A stretch of 61,324 nt of DNA, counting the filler, from Dirinaria sp. TL-2023a (lineage: Eukaryota): assembly GCA_051941275.1 (NCBI GenBank). It is 3 parts of 3 records of this genome, joined end to end, with 100 filler letters (N's around TTAATTAATTAA, not from the genome) between each part and the next. Parts side by side here need not be neighbours in the genome. Positions count along the whole stretch, not along the records: positions 1 to 20,399 come from JAVEBF010000289.1; positions 20,500 to 40,896 come from JAVEBF010000290.1; 1 more part is not named here. One strand, written 5' to 3'. The translations under genes were made by a program, and so were the position numbers. Every line of letters begins with the position of its first letter. Positions within the stretch are counted from its first letter, which is position 1. The notes beneath the pieces are model-generated. The model ran no database searches. It was not told the DNA's origin and was given only the letters and a program-made list of their open reading frames with translations. Shown here one piece after another: positions 13,801-25,900 of this stretch.

Positions 13801-16098
13801 CAACGTCAAGCGAGCCTTTTGCCCCCCAGATAGCGAAATGCCTCGCTCGCCAACCTCTGTCCGATCTCCATCTGGGAGACTCTTAAAGTCTTCGGCGAGA
13901 GCGCATGCTTGTATGGTACGTTCATAAAATTGAGGATCCCAGCGGTGGCCGAATACCACATTCTCTTTCACACTCGCGTTCATCACCCACGGCTGCTGAG
14001 ACACGTAGGCGATGTGACCGTGTACAACAACTTCGCCACGTATCTTCCAAAGGCCACCCAGGATAGCTTGGAGGAATGAAGACTTTCCAGAGCCTACACG
14101 ACCAACAATGCAAGTCAGATCCCCCTTATGTGCCACGAAATCCACCTCTTCCAAGCATCTGCGGCTATTATTTCGATCCCACGAGAAAGTGGCGCCTAAA
14201 AGGCGGACAGTTTCGTCGCCATTTTCCGCTGCCGGCTCTTTGATAAGAACCGCATCGGGCTGGATTTCGTCCGCGACGAAGTAATCAGCAAGGCGTCCTA
14301 CAGCTACCGATGCCTCGATGATTGACGTAATGACCATTGGGAGCATAGCTAGTGGGAAGGTTAGCATATTGAAAAGGGTCAGAGCCGGGAAAACGATCTC
14401 GGTAGTTAATGGCTGGTCATTGGTGAGGACGAAGACGGTAAAGGTTGAGCAAGAGACTAGAAATGGGGTCGTGGACCATGTGAAGTTGGCAAATGCCTGA
14501 GCGGCACCGATCTTTCGCAGAGTTCTGAGCTCTAGCTCGTTACGAACGTAGCTAAGCTTCTTCATGAACGCTTGGGACCAAGCATACAATTTGATGCTTT
14601 TCATGTTATTGAGTATTTCCGTCATCAGTCTTGTCCTTGAGTCCTTGTTCTTCATCTGCCTCTTCTGCAATATCTTCATGAACTTTGCGATGATTCCATT
14701 GACAGGTATCATGAGAACCATGGCCCCAACGCCTGCGAACATGCTTAAGCCCACTAACTGATACAGAGAAGCCATACATAGAATGATCTGGAAAGGTGCT
14801 GACCAAAGCATCTGTCCGTATTGTGCTAGATCCTGGAGACGCTGGGTATCTACAGCCATGTAGTTGACAATGTCTCCAGTGGATTTGGCAGCACGGCCCT
14901 CATTAGATAGTCGCATAGATTTTGAATAGATCATGGCCGTCAGTGAAGACTTGACCCTCATTCCTGTCTCGAATGCGCGTTGAAAATATTGGTGGAGGCA
15001 AACTGTCTGAGAGACAGATACCAGGAACATGGCTATAGCGATTGCAGCACCTCTGATCACGGGTTGACGCTCATGGCTATGTGGACGGTAAGAGTCGATG
15101 AAAGAAATGAGCAGCTTCAACAGCTGGGGTTGAGCAAATGACAACGCATCACTAAGTGCCTTGATCAAGGAGCCACGGAAATAAGGCCCACCAAACCCTC
15201 GGAACATAGCTATCCAAAGCGAGGGACGTTTTTTCTCTAGCTCCTCGGCCCATGCTTCATCCAGGGCGTGGCTAGTGATTCTTGTCGTATCCCTTGTCCT
15301 CAGGTTCCATAAATCGTCCTGGGTGAGAAATTGGCTGTATCCATATTTCATCAATGGAGTCATCCAGCTGAAAGTTAAGATGCTGAAAATGTCTGCGTAC
15401 TCTATGGGACATTCGTCCTCGTCACCTAGCGCATCGTACGCCGATTGCTTTTTAGGCACCGCATATTCTAGAACGAATTCCAGTGTCGCCAATCCAAACC
15501 CGACACAGAAAGTGATGAAATACGGTAGGCGATTCAAGAAAGCTTGCTGAGAGATAAGCGATCTAAGTTTAACCCCGAAGGCCATCAGCAAAAGTAGCCA
15601 GTAGAATAAGACCACGCCATTTGGCTGTCGACTGCGCCAATGCTCCATGTATTGAACCAAGCCGATGATGAACAGAGAGCATAACGTGACAATGGAGGAC
15701 CAGAAGCGAAAGTCATGAATCCATACACCAGGCAAAGCCTCTATCTGGAGGCATGCTTGAAGAGCAGTGGCAATGGCAAGCGTGCCGACTAAGGCAAGCT
15801 TGGTGTAAAAATGCCAATCTTTGCCTACCGATGATGGGGTCCTCCTCTTCAAAAGCCACCATACCGCTGCCGTGCCCGATACGATGCCAAAGACCGCTAC
15901 CGTCGTGATCCAAACATCAAGGAAGCAGGGCGTGAAGTCATATCTGAAGGGGCTCAGGGGGCCCCAGCCTTCAATATTGCCACATAATGGCTGCTCTTTC
16001 TCCTGTGGGCCTATAAACTGCAGGTAGTCCGGCCAGAAAGGTTGAGGATCCGTGTGAGATATTTGCAAGGTCGCTTGAAAATTTACAGAAAGCTGCAT
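10893..16098 (-). CDS. YCF1: ABCC/MRP vacuolar glutathione-conjugate/metal transporter (Ycf1-like), multi-exon
   Basis: TMD0 start LCGNIEGWGPLSPFRYDFTPCFLDV. NBD1 has GRVGSGKSS, LSGGQKAR and YLLDD; the R region has LRRASTASF; NBD2 has GRTGAGKSS and VLDEATAAVD. The 3' half has about 7 introns, including a 17-nt exon at 11193-11209. The exact start is uncertain. Confidence 0.93.
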
Positions 16099-16269
16099 CC
16101 TTTGACGGAGCGAACGACAGTTCAGCGAACTTTTGTCTCACCGTGAAAGTGAACATTGGCCTGGTATGGAAGACATCTAGCTGTAGATACTAGCGATCGG
16201 CACTTTCGCGGTAAGTTAAGGTGATGCTGGCATGCCTGTTGCGGAAGAGACGCTGCTGTAATTCACAGT

Positions 16270-16810
16270 ACAGTCAGAGATACTTTACCCAAGGTAGGTA
16301 CCGACTCTGGTCCCGGTAAGGTAAGGGCAAAGCACCTAGGTAGACAGGCAGGAGAGGAGGTACCTTAGTCTACCTACATGTAGGTAAGGACTCTCCGGTA
16401 AGTATAGTACTCTACCTTACCTTATGCACGCAATGTACTCGTACTTTACCTTACGTAAGATGACGGGTCCAACCCTTTCTAAAACCTAATGTGCTGTACC
16501 TTGAGGTACGAGTACCTCACCTCGCTCACCTACCTTACCTTACTCGAGCTACTAAGGTATGGAAGTCTCTACCTGAGGTAAGGTACCTACTTTAGATTAA
16601 GTAAGCACTGTAAGGTAAGGTAAAGTTGTAAGTAGCTTTTTGCAAGAGGCAGGGTCGCAGAATTGAATTGTGGTATTGCCTTAGTCGTCATGGTAGTACC
16701 ACCTAAAAACGTAAAGTACCTTAATCGTACTCTATCTACCTTAAGGTACTTCCATCCATTGCCGAGGTGCGCGGAGGTAAGTTAACTTAAGATGAAGGTA
16801 AGGTTGATGC
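16270..16810. repeat. GGTA/TACC-rich low-complexity intergenic tract
   Basis: Dense GGTAAGG, AGGTAGG, TACCTTAC and AGGTACCT words on both strands, upstream of YCF1. Confidence 0.8.
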
Positions 16811-17191
16811 AAAAAGATGCGGCTCAGGAGATTTCAGACTGTACCAAAGACAGGCCCTGGGCACCTATTTGGTGTTCATTTCAGGAGATTGAATTTCATC
16901 ATTGGCTGTTCGTCTATGCTAGCCATCCTCCATCCTAGGTACTATGACCATCTCTCCTCTGGTCGGTCTCATGCTGTAAGACGCCTGTGAGAACAAGAGT
17001 TCATCTCTACATCTAATCATCCCGTCATAATCCAAGTTTGCTGAAGTCAGGTTGAGAGCCAAAAAAGCCCTCGACTTAACGCCTGTGAGCTTACCTTGGT
17101 ATCCACTGCTTGTGTGGTTCTCTTTGGTCAATTCCTTTCCCCGCATTTTGGGCGGGAGTGACTGTCCCGACTACTGCATGTGGCTTTTGAG

Positions 17192-19780
17192 TCAACCTGA
17201 AACTTTATTCTTGTCAATACGCCTCAAATTCTCTGTATTAGTTGAATAGGCTTGATTCTGGATATTGAGGTCGCTGGTATTGAAATCTTGAACCGGTTGT
17301 TGTGTTGGTGTATTTGGTTTGGAGCCCTCATTTGTCCTAAGCTCCGAGGCGAAGTTCAGATTATCCGTGCGTACGAAACTCTGGAAGGCTTTAGTAAGAT
17401 CGTGAGAATACCTTGAAGTACCATACCCTCAATTGAGATGGCAAATCCGAAGATTCCAAGGTCACTGCCTCCTCGCTTGCATATACGAGCAACGCTGAAT
17501 TTGAATCGTCTCTGGCGGCCTTCAGGGCTTCGATTTCACGGATCCTCTATGGGAAGAGATACGGTAGTCAGTAATCTGGACAGCACCACGCATCCGGTTC
17601 AAGGTCAAGCCAGGGTAGACTCACAATTTGTGACACTGGTTGCGACTGCCCTTGGGAGAAGCTCAATTTCCACCACTGCCACTCCTCGGCGCGGTCGTCC
17701 AAAGAATCACCACTCCCCAACGTTCGGGTCTTCTCCAGTACATACGTTGTGTTCTTATCAGCTGACACACCTCGCAGTGTGTATTTGTGGGAAGGTGGCT
17801 TCCCTGATTCATTGGAAGGCCTAGTATACCACTGAGAGATGTCTGCGTATTTCTGAAGGGTTTCCTGGCGAGTATCCTCAAGCCCTTGGCACAACCTCGT
17901 TAGATACTTTATGAGCGAACGCAAACTGGAATTGACATACTTTGGAGTTTTTCATCGACATTCGCAGCCAAAGTTTTCAAGTCTTTCAACACTTTCTGCT
18001 TATTTTGAACTTCTGCTATCGGAGCAGATCGAGTTCCGTTCGTGCCTGTTTCGCTGTCATCGTAATAGTCCATCGCTCTTGCAATTAGTGTCGAAATATT
18101 GTAGGTTCCATCGCCAATTGAGGGCTTGGCCCTGGTGATCCGAGCCTTCAGGCTCTCGATCCGGCTCATATCTCGTTCCAAGGACTGTTGAGCTTGTAAC
18201 ATATCTTGGATTTGTCGCTTGGATGTTTCGAGGTAGCGATCAAGGAACAGGACAGGAGGAATCTTTATGCCAAGACCACTAGAGCCAGTTCTATTCGGGG
18301 CTGTTATTTGCATGCAGAGGACTTCTCCAACTTTATTGAGGAAAGCAAACTCAGAAATGTAGTCTTGTACGGAATTCCAGAGGGCAAAGTCAATCACATC
18401 GTAAAGCGTGCGAGGCTGAGATAGGCTCCAAACGGGAGGCGTTGGTACATGTATTTCAAGGCACGAAAATGGGCGAGATTCGGGCTCCGATTCGAGATCT
18501 ACTCTTATAGCCTCTGATCTAAAGATGTTTGAGTAGGGCCCATCGGAACCGGTAGCTATGGTTGCCCATTTTTCAAGGACGTCTCCGAGGCTACTGGCGT
18601 CACTCCAGTCATTCTGGCATAGGAGGCGCTCCAGGGCATCCGAACTTCCGTAGGCTCGTTCCGTTTCATCGAGAAAGGCTATCAAACGTTGAAATTCGTA
18701 AATAAGCTCATCCATGCGTGAGAAGTGATGCTCCTGTGTTGTTTGGAGCACTGTGGGCGTCCCGATGCTTGCATATGCACCGTCCCACCACTCGGCGTTG
18801 ATGCCGTAATCTGGCAATACTTGGGCCTTATTTAGCAAGGCTTCCCTTGCCATAGGTATGGCGTGTAGGATAGTGATAAACGCCGGTAATCGAAGCCCTG
18901 CGGGTGATGGTCTTAGAAATGCTGGAGCATTGGGAGCACGTTTGCGGTCGACTGGATCTGGATTTTGAAGAATCTCCTGCACGGAAGTATCAGGGATGGC
19001 CACCGTCCAATCCTTGCTATCGTAATGATCTCGAGTAGCCGGGCCAAAGTGGGGATCCAGACCATCGATAACGCCGGTCTCCTGACTCGCTGGCCCTCTA
19101 ACGCTGTTGCTTATAGATTGTGACATAGCTTGACTGATGTCTTCTTTTCCTTGCTCAGCAAGTGTTAAATCATGTCGATTTTCTGATGTTATTAGATCAG
19201 CTTTCCACGTCACAGACAGACGATGTCTAGTTTCAGAATCATTCACCTCTTCGGCTATCCGGAGCCGTAACGGTACCCTTGGCACTCATGCGCGATGGTG
19301 GTCGCGAGGGTGCGCTATCGCTGAATACATCTGGTGCTAAAGTGTCCGAACGATGAATTGTAAAAGCTGATAGTAGTAAGCAGGGTTAGTCTTGGGAGAT
19401 CTGACTGGTGTTGAGGCTTGTGTCCTTAGGACCTCTTACACGGTTGATCGCCAATATCGTTCTTGAATGGGCGCTCATCCCAGCCACTCTGATCATTCTA
19501 CCTCGCAATTCTTGTTAGACACTACCATCAGCGCACTAAGGCGCACATGCCTACAGTGTTTGGTAGAACAGAATTGTTATCAAAGTATGCATTCGAAGCT
19601 TTTTGAGGATCGCAGTTGTAAGCCTAAGATTTCAAAGTAAGCAACGTATCCATAGAATCTGAGACAGAATAGCATGATCAAGCGGATACTTACTTTGAGC
19701 CATTTGGCAGCTTCATTAGCTGGGAGGCCTGTTACAGCAGAAACTGTCCCAATGGTCTCTGCACTTGGCTCTGTTCCCAT
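17192..19780 (-). CDS. Fungal ubiquitin-interaction-motif-type protein with N-terminal UBA-like domain, multi-exon
   Basis: ATG at 19780 gives MGTEPSAETIGTVSAVTGLPANEAAKWLK, spliced to AYNCDPQKASNAYFD. Later motifs are APSRPPSR, EDISQAMSQS, FGPATRDHYD, ITILHAIPMAREALL, QRLIAFLDETERAYGS, KYTLRGVS and QWWKLSFS. The C-terminal end is uncertain and may extend to about 16900. Confidence 0.75.
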
Positions 19781-19990
19781 AGCTGCAGTGATCAAACCAG
19801 AAACTGTTGAAACCGGACTCAGGACGGAGCAGAATATTGATACAGACTTTTATGCTCTACAGCGAAGTGGGAACAAGGTCAAATATTCCTTCAGCGGATA
19901 TGTACGTACTAAGGTAAGGTACTGTTCCTACCTTACATCCTTTACTTACCTACGTACATAATGTACTTAAAGGTGGGTAAAGGCGTGGTG

Positions 19991-20016
19991 TTGATTGATT
20001 GATTGATTGATTGATT
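19991..20016. repeat. (TTGA)n microsatellite
   Basis: About 6 tandem TTGA/GATT units. Confidence 0.85.
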
Positions 20017-20094
20017 ACGTCATTAGACACTCGGAGCCCGTCCTATCAAGACTAGCTATGCGGTCATGAGTCATCCTATCTAATCAGTAGAAGC

Positions 20095-20399
20095 ATCTCA
20101 TCTTTGTCTCTTTATATCTGTTTCAAAAATGAAATCGTATAATCTGCAAACGCGTAGTTTTTCTGACGATTTGTTTATTTATAAGTTATTTATTTTTTTT
20201 AGACGATTTCATTCGATATCATCGTCTCTGAATTTATCTTTTATTTCATATTATAGTAAGAAGTTTTCGATTCAACGTATCTGATATTTATATATCATAC
20301 TTTTTATCGTTTTTTTTTATAATTAATTTCTCAAATTGATCTAAAAACTCTGTATTTTTTATAAAAATGATTGTTGTTTTGAGATTAATTATTTGCGTT
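20095..20399. other. AT-rich contig end, probable RIP-degraded repeat
   Basis: Abrupt shift to very high AT with T-runs, running into the gap. Confidence 0.5.
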
Positions 20400-20499
20400 N
20401 NNNNNNNNNNNNNNNNNNNNNNNNNNNNNNNNNNNNNNNNNNNTTAATTAATTAANNNNNNNNNNNNNNNNNNNNNNNNNNNNNNNNNNNNNNNNNNNN
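20400..20499. other. Assembly gap with artificial six-frame stop spacer
   Basis: 100-nt block of N with TTAATTAATTAA at 20444-20455. Confidence 0.97.
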
Positions 20500-20620
20500 C
20501 TATAGACCCATCCATATTCCTCGTCAAACAACTCCACTCACCAACGCCCAAAAACACCCCGGGTGTTTTTGGGCGTTGGTGAGTGGAGTTGTTTGACGAG
20601 GAATATGGATGGGTCTATAG
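20500..20620. repeat. Perfect inverted repeat with 60-bp arms and a 1-nt loop
   Basis: 20500-20559 is the exact reverse complement of 20561-20620. It begins at the first base of the contig. Confidence 0.95.
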
Positions 20621-21075
20621 GTCTAGGTTCTGGACTCCGCTCCGATAGAACAATGGAGCCTGAGTTGTGCGTTGGATTTATGGCCGTAGTTAGCATTTGG
20701 AGCGCATCTGAGTGATTCATTGATGGATAGACACGATCCGCAGAACTCGTCTTTGATCCCATTCTCGAAATCTTGGGCAACCTTGGCAACCTTGTTGTGG
20801 TTGGAACCTTCGAACACGTGTAAACTCTTGAGGCGAAGTAACACTGATCTTAGTTACAGCGAAGGATAGTACGTTTGTCGCGTTCAAAACAACATGCTCA
20901 TGTCTCATTATGGTATCAAGATGTTGAAAAGACCGCTTTCTAAGCCTGCAAAACCCACGGCACCGAAATATAACTCCCCAAAGCCCCACCCCAAACCGTT
21001 CCCAACATATGAACCGTATACTGTACAATAGATACTGATACAAAATACGCGTGGCAAGTTCAACACACAGAGCCT

Positions 21076-22522
21076 TTAGCTGCCTGTGCTTAGTCCCGTC
21101 GGCAGACCGGGCGGTTGTTGTCCTCTCTTTTTTTCCTTCTTGGCCCAGCGCACTAGCATCCGTGAGCTGCTTCTGTCTTACGGAAGGCACTGGGGACAAC
21201 TTACGGCCACATGCGTTGCAGAGCGTTTTCGGACCACTCGGGCCTTTTCGCCATTCGGGAGAGTCGAGGGTACCGCAGTCGGTGCAAACGTACTCGTCTG
21301 CGATTTTCAACTTCTTCTTCTTGTCTCCTGCGCGGTTGTCTTTGTCTGCTGGTATCGCAATGCCAGCGTCACCTCTTATCAGAGCTGGGCTCATGTCGCC
21401 GGTACTTATCCCCTGCGAGCGTTCTCCTTCTCGGTACATCAAACCAGTCAGCATCTCGATGGTCTCGATATGATTCGTGCCTTCGTAGCGCGCCATCTTG
21501 TCATCGATACTATCTGGCCCCGCGCTTGCATTTGCTTCGTCAAGATTTTGCTGCGTCAGCGCATTATTTGAGGCGTTGGGCTTGGCGGGCGGAGGCATGC
21601 CGTTGTAGTCGGCGGATTGTGTCGAGGTCATTGATGCAGAACCGGGCGTTTCGCTTTCAGTTCGTTGAGTGTCGGAAAGCGCCACGCTACCGTGGCCTTC
21701 TTGCTTCTTCATCCAATGCCGCTGCTGTGCTTCGACATCCTCTTGCTCTTCTCTGCGGAGATCGGCAATACGCTTTGTCAGACGCTCGTTTTCGATCTTG
21801 TGTTCCAGGAAGGAATCCAGTAAGCTCGCATTCTTGGTAGGATAGGGTCGAGCCATCATGAAGAAGCCTCGGCAGAAGCCTGCAGCGCTGTTAGGACCAA
21901 ATCCTGCCGCGTCCGAGGTGAGGTGTGGATGTCCATGAGATTCAAAAATCATGTGTGAACCATCGGCTTTGCGGAAGCGGTAGAAGAATCGAAGTGGGTT
22001 TCCGGAAGCGATGGACTCGTTGAACTCCCGCACGAAGATGCCACTGTCGTCTATATGGATGAAGTCGACAATGAATTTCCCAATGAGCTCGTCTTGGTTG
22101 TAGCCAGTCAGGGTTTTGGTAGACGGTGATACGTATAGAATTCTTCCATCGGGTGTTAGGATGTGCAGAAAATCTTGCAGCTCTCCAAGGACTCTCTGAG
22201 ACCAATTTCGACGTTTGGTAAAGTCGGTCAACGTACTCCCACCGCTGACGTTGGTCTGGACGCCGAAGCCTGTAGGTAGTGGACCTGCGCCGGCGCCACT
22301 CATTGCATTTGGAGGACCGGCGTTTTCATCGTTCGAATCGTTTCCTTGTTGTTGGTGGTCAACCTGCTCGCCCGTATCATAATTATGATGCTCTGGTATG
22401 TTCATGTTGAGATTCAGGTCGAGGTTCATTGGCAACATGTCAACATCGATACCGCCCATTATATCGCCTCCCTGGTCCAATACATTTGCCATCGAGGTAT
22501 CCCCACCTCCCATGGTATCCAT
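21076..22522 (-). CDS. wc-2: White collar-2 (PAS plus GATA zinc finger) transcription factor
   Basis: [15 protein letters not shown], the PAS domain ([20 protein letters not shown]...LRFFYRF), [25 protein letters not shown], and the GATA finger [32 protein letters not shown]. Intron 21204-21153; stop TAA at 21078-21076. Confidence 0.95.
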
Positions 22523-22907
22523 CTGTTGCGACGGTGAGCTTGCCTGCGTCTCTGGTTGTCGGATTACCTGATACGTACATTGGACGGGACATTGGACGTA
22601 ACACGACCTTGCGCATCTTGGTAGAGCGTCATTTCAGTAGCGAAATCATGATATCACTGGGGTTGTTCTGATCAGCACTCCCCATGCGACACTTTAACAG
22701 TCCAGCCTTGAGATGGACGATAGTCACGTGATGACCGCGTTGCTTTGTGACGCGACTTCCATCACCGAAGATCTACCGACACTTGCTCACCTATCCTACC
22801 ACGCCTGCAGTACTTTGTGTATTTAAAGCTTTCTTTCTTTCTAAGCTTCATCAAGGGTAGCAGGATCATTTATTAGTCGCCGGCCGAGCGGCACTGGACT
22901 AGTCAAG

Positions 22908-25900
22908 ATGTAATTCCTTCTCACTGTATTCTTCTCTCCACAGACATGTACTGACAGTGACGCAGGTGTAAGCTAAGATCGACCCCTCCTCACCAGTACC
23001 TATTGCAGCGGGTACAGTCTCGCTAATTTGATCACAGCGAGCATCGATAAGCTCTCTGTCTTGGGGTAGGAATCCAACCGCCCGAGGCCGTTAAAGCGGT
23101 ACACTAACTTACTGCCAGAGTCCGATCATTTAATAATCAAAAACCCGAGACGATCAAATTCTACACCCCGCTAACATTGATAGTTGGGTACAATGGATCT
23201 GGAAAGACAGTAAGCCCTTGAATCATTCAAAGTGTGTGCATGAGCTGATGTTCAAGGAAGACGATTATTGAGTCTCTCAAATTCGCAACCACAGGTGTCC
23301 TACCTCCCAATAGCAAAGGCGGTGCCTTTATTCATGACCCGAAGGTAATACCAAACGGCACCCGCGCACCACAAAAGCCCATCCTTCTCTGACATTGTTA
23401 TAGATGTGCGGTGAGAGGGAAGTTTATGCCCAAGTCAAACTCCGTTTCAAAGGGACCAATGGCGCCACTATGGTCGCCACGCGTAACCTCCAACTTACGA
23501 GCAAGAGCAAGGGAGCGGCGTCACAGAAAACGCTCGAGGGAAACATACTCATAGAAAACAAAGGTGAGAGGATCACGGTCTCGACCAAAGTCGCAGAGCT
23601 AGACCGAATGCTCCCCAATTACTTCGGCGTCTCCAAAGCAATTCTCGAATCTGTGATATTCTGCCACCAGGACGAAAGCCTCTGGCCGATGAGCGAGCCT
23701 GCTTCTTTGAAGAAGAAATTCGACGAAATCTTCGAAGCGCAAAAGTACACTAAAGCGATCGACAATATCAAGTCGCTTCGAAAGAAGCATGGCGACGTAC
23801 TCAGAGATTCTGTCAAAGATGAGGCAGTATGCAAAGCCAATAAAGTTCAAGCTGATCGTGTACGTTGGGGGATTACCTGCAAATTTTTGATATAACCGCT
23901 AATTGTGTTGTAGTTAGAGAGAAAAATGACCGAACTACAAACCGAGATAGAGGCGCTTCGTACCGAGCTCCTTGACTTAGACGGCCGAGCTACCGAGGCA
24001 GACGCCAAACATCGAGAATATCGAAAAAAATATATGGGGTTCGAGTCCGTCATTAAAGATCTAGATCGAAGCCGTCGAGAACAGGTGAGGCTTCAGAATG
24101 AACTGGACGAATTGAGCCAGGATTTGAAGCGACGTGACGAGTCCGACGATTGGCTTCAGAACGAGATCAATCAGTACGACGAGCGCATGGCACAGCACTC
24201 AGAGCAGCGAAAGAAGCAGTCTGAGGTCTACAACGGCCTACTGACAAAGCTCGAAACCGCTCGCACAAACAAGGAGTCAAAGCAGCTGGAAGCTGGCAAG
24301 TACGCCAACCAGAAATCGCTCCATGAGCAAGAGATCGAAGAACGTAAAATTATGATCAAGGATATCGCCAGGACTCACAACATACATGGCTTTGAGGGTG
24401 ATTTGGATGAGGCTCGATCTGAAGAATTCATGGCCCGAGTATCCAAGCTTTGCAAAGATCAAACCGCTTCTGTAGAGAGAGCGCGTCTGCAAACAGAAGA
24501 GGAATTACAAACCATCCGAGAGGCTGTGAGCAGATTGGTTGAGCGGAGATCGGCGATCAATGAAGGCAGACAATCCGCCAAGCAACAGCTCTCCCACAAT
24601 GATTCTAGTATTGGGGAATGGCAGTCAAGTATTGATAGCATTTCTGTTGATGAGGGCCGAAAGGCTCTGCTCGAATCCAACATTCAGGACATCAAGGGGC
24701 GACTGGAGAAAGCGAGGGGCAGTTGGGATGGCGGGTCCTTCGACAGCAAATTGCAGCAGACCAACACGCAGCTTGCTTCCGTTGAGGAAGAGAAAGAACA
24801 GCTTAGTAGAGAATTAGCGCGGGGAACCGAAAAGGCTGAGGAGCGCGCAAGACTTGATATTTTGAATCAGGAAATAGACGATAACCAGAAAAGCCTCGAT
24901 ACGATGTGTCGCGTTCACGGATCAAGGATCAGTACCGTCATAGGAGCGGATTGGATACCTCCATCACTGGCATCAAAGTATCAAAAGGTTATCGAGGAGA
25001 AATCGGAAGCTGTGGCGAAGGCGAAATCTCAGCAACATGGTGTGGCTCAGAAACTTGACCAAGTCCAATATAGACTCAGCAGTGCACAGAACGATTTAAA
25101 GAAAGGAGAGCAGGAAAAAGATAAATGCGCCTCAAAGATCAGGGAAAACTTTGACGACGAGACTGAACCGAGGGATTACCCTAAAGCGCTAGAGACGGCT
25201 CAGGAAAACCGAGATACCGTGAAATCGGACCTTGACAATATTGCTTACGAAAAGGACTACTTTCGAAGCTGTCTCAAGGCTCTCAATAAGCGACATTATT
25301 GTAGAACCTGTGATCGCCCATTTGATAAAGCTGAGGAGGAGAGGAAATTCGAAAGCAAGATCTATAAGGTTCTCGCAAGAGAGGAGGAGGAGTACCGCAC
25401 TATCTTCCAACGTTACGACAAAGAATTCAATCAAGCTAGAGAGGCTGGCTCTAGTCACGCTACCTGGTTACGCCTTACCGATACAGATATCCCACAGACG
25501 AGAGAGAATATCAAGGAGCTGGAGAAGGAGCGAGGTGATTTGCTTGCGGAAATCGAACAGCATGATTGTGCTGTAGACGATCTTGGGGCGTCGCTCAAGG
25601 ATGCGCAAGGCCTGTCAAAAACCGTCAATGGCATCTCGAAGTACGTTGAGGACATCACTCGTTTACGCTCACAGCGAGAAGAAGTAGCTGCCAAGCAAGA
25701 CGATACTGGTACATCACGGACTGCCAAGGAGTTGCAAGGAGAGATCGAGACGCGAACTGATAAGGCGCGGGCTTTAAACAACCAAATTGCGAACATCAGA
25801 GCCCAGAAAGACGCGGCTCAGTCGAACATCAGTGCATTAGAACGCGACCTAAGCCAGGCCAACGTCAAACTCATCTCGGCTGATTCCGATCTTGAGCGAA

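Noticed and set aside
20444..20455. TTAATTAATTAA as a biological motif or transposon target site
   Set aside because: It is embedded in N runs identically at both gaps, so it is an assembly linker.
20717..21075. C-terminal extension of the 601-aa WC-2 ORF
   Set aside because: It reads through an intron. Splicing at 21204-21153 restores CGLRWAK and stops at 21076.
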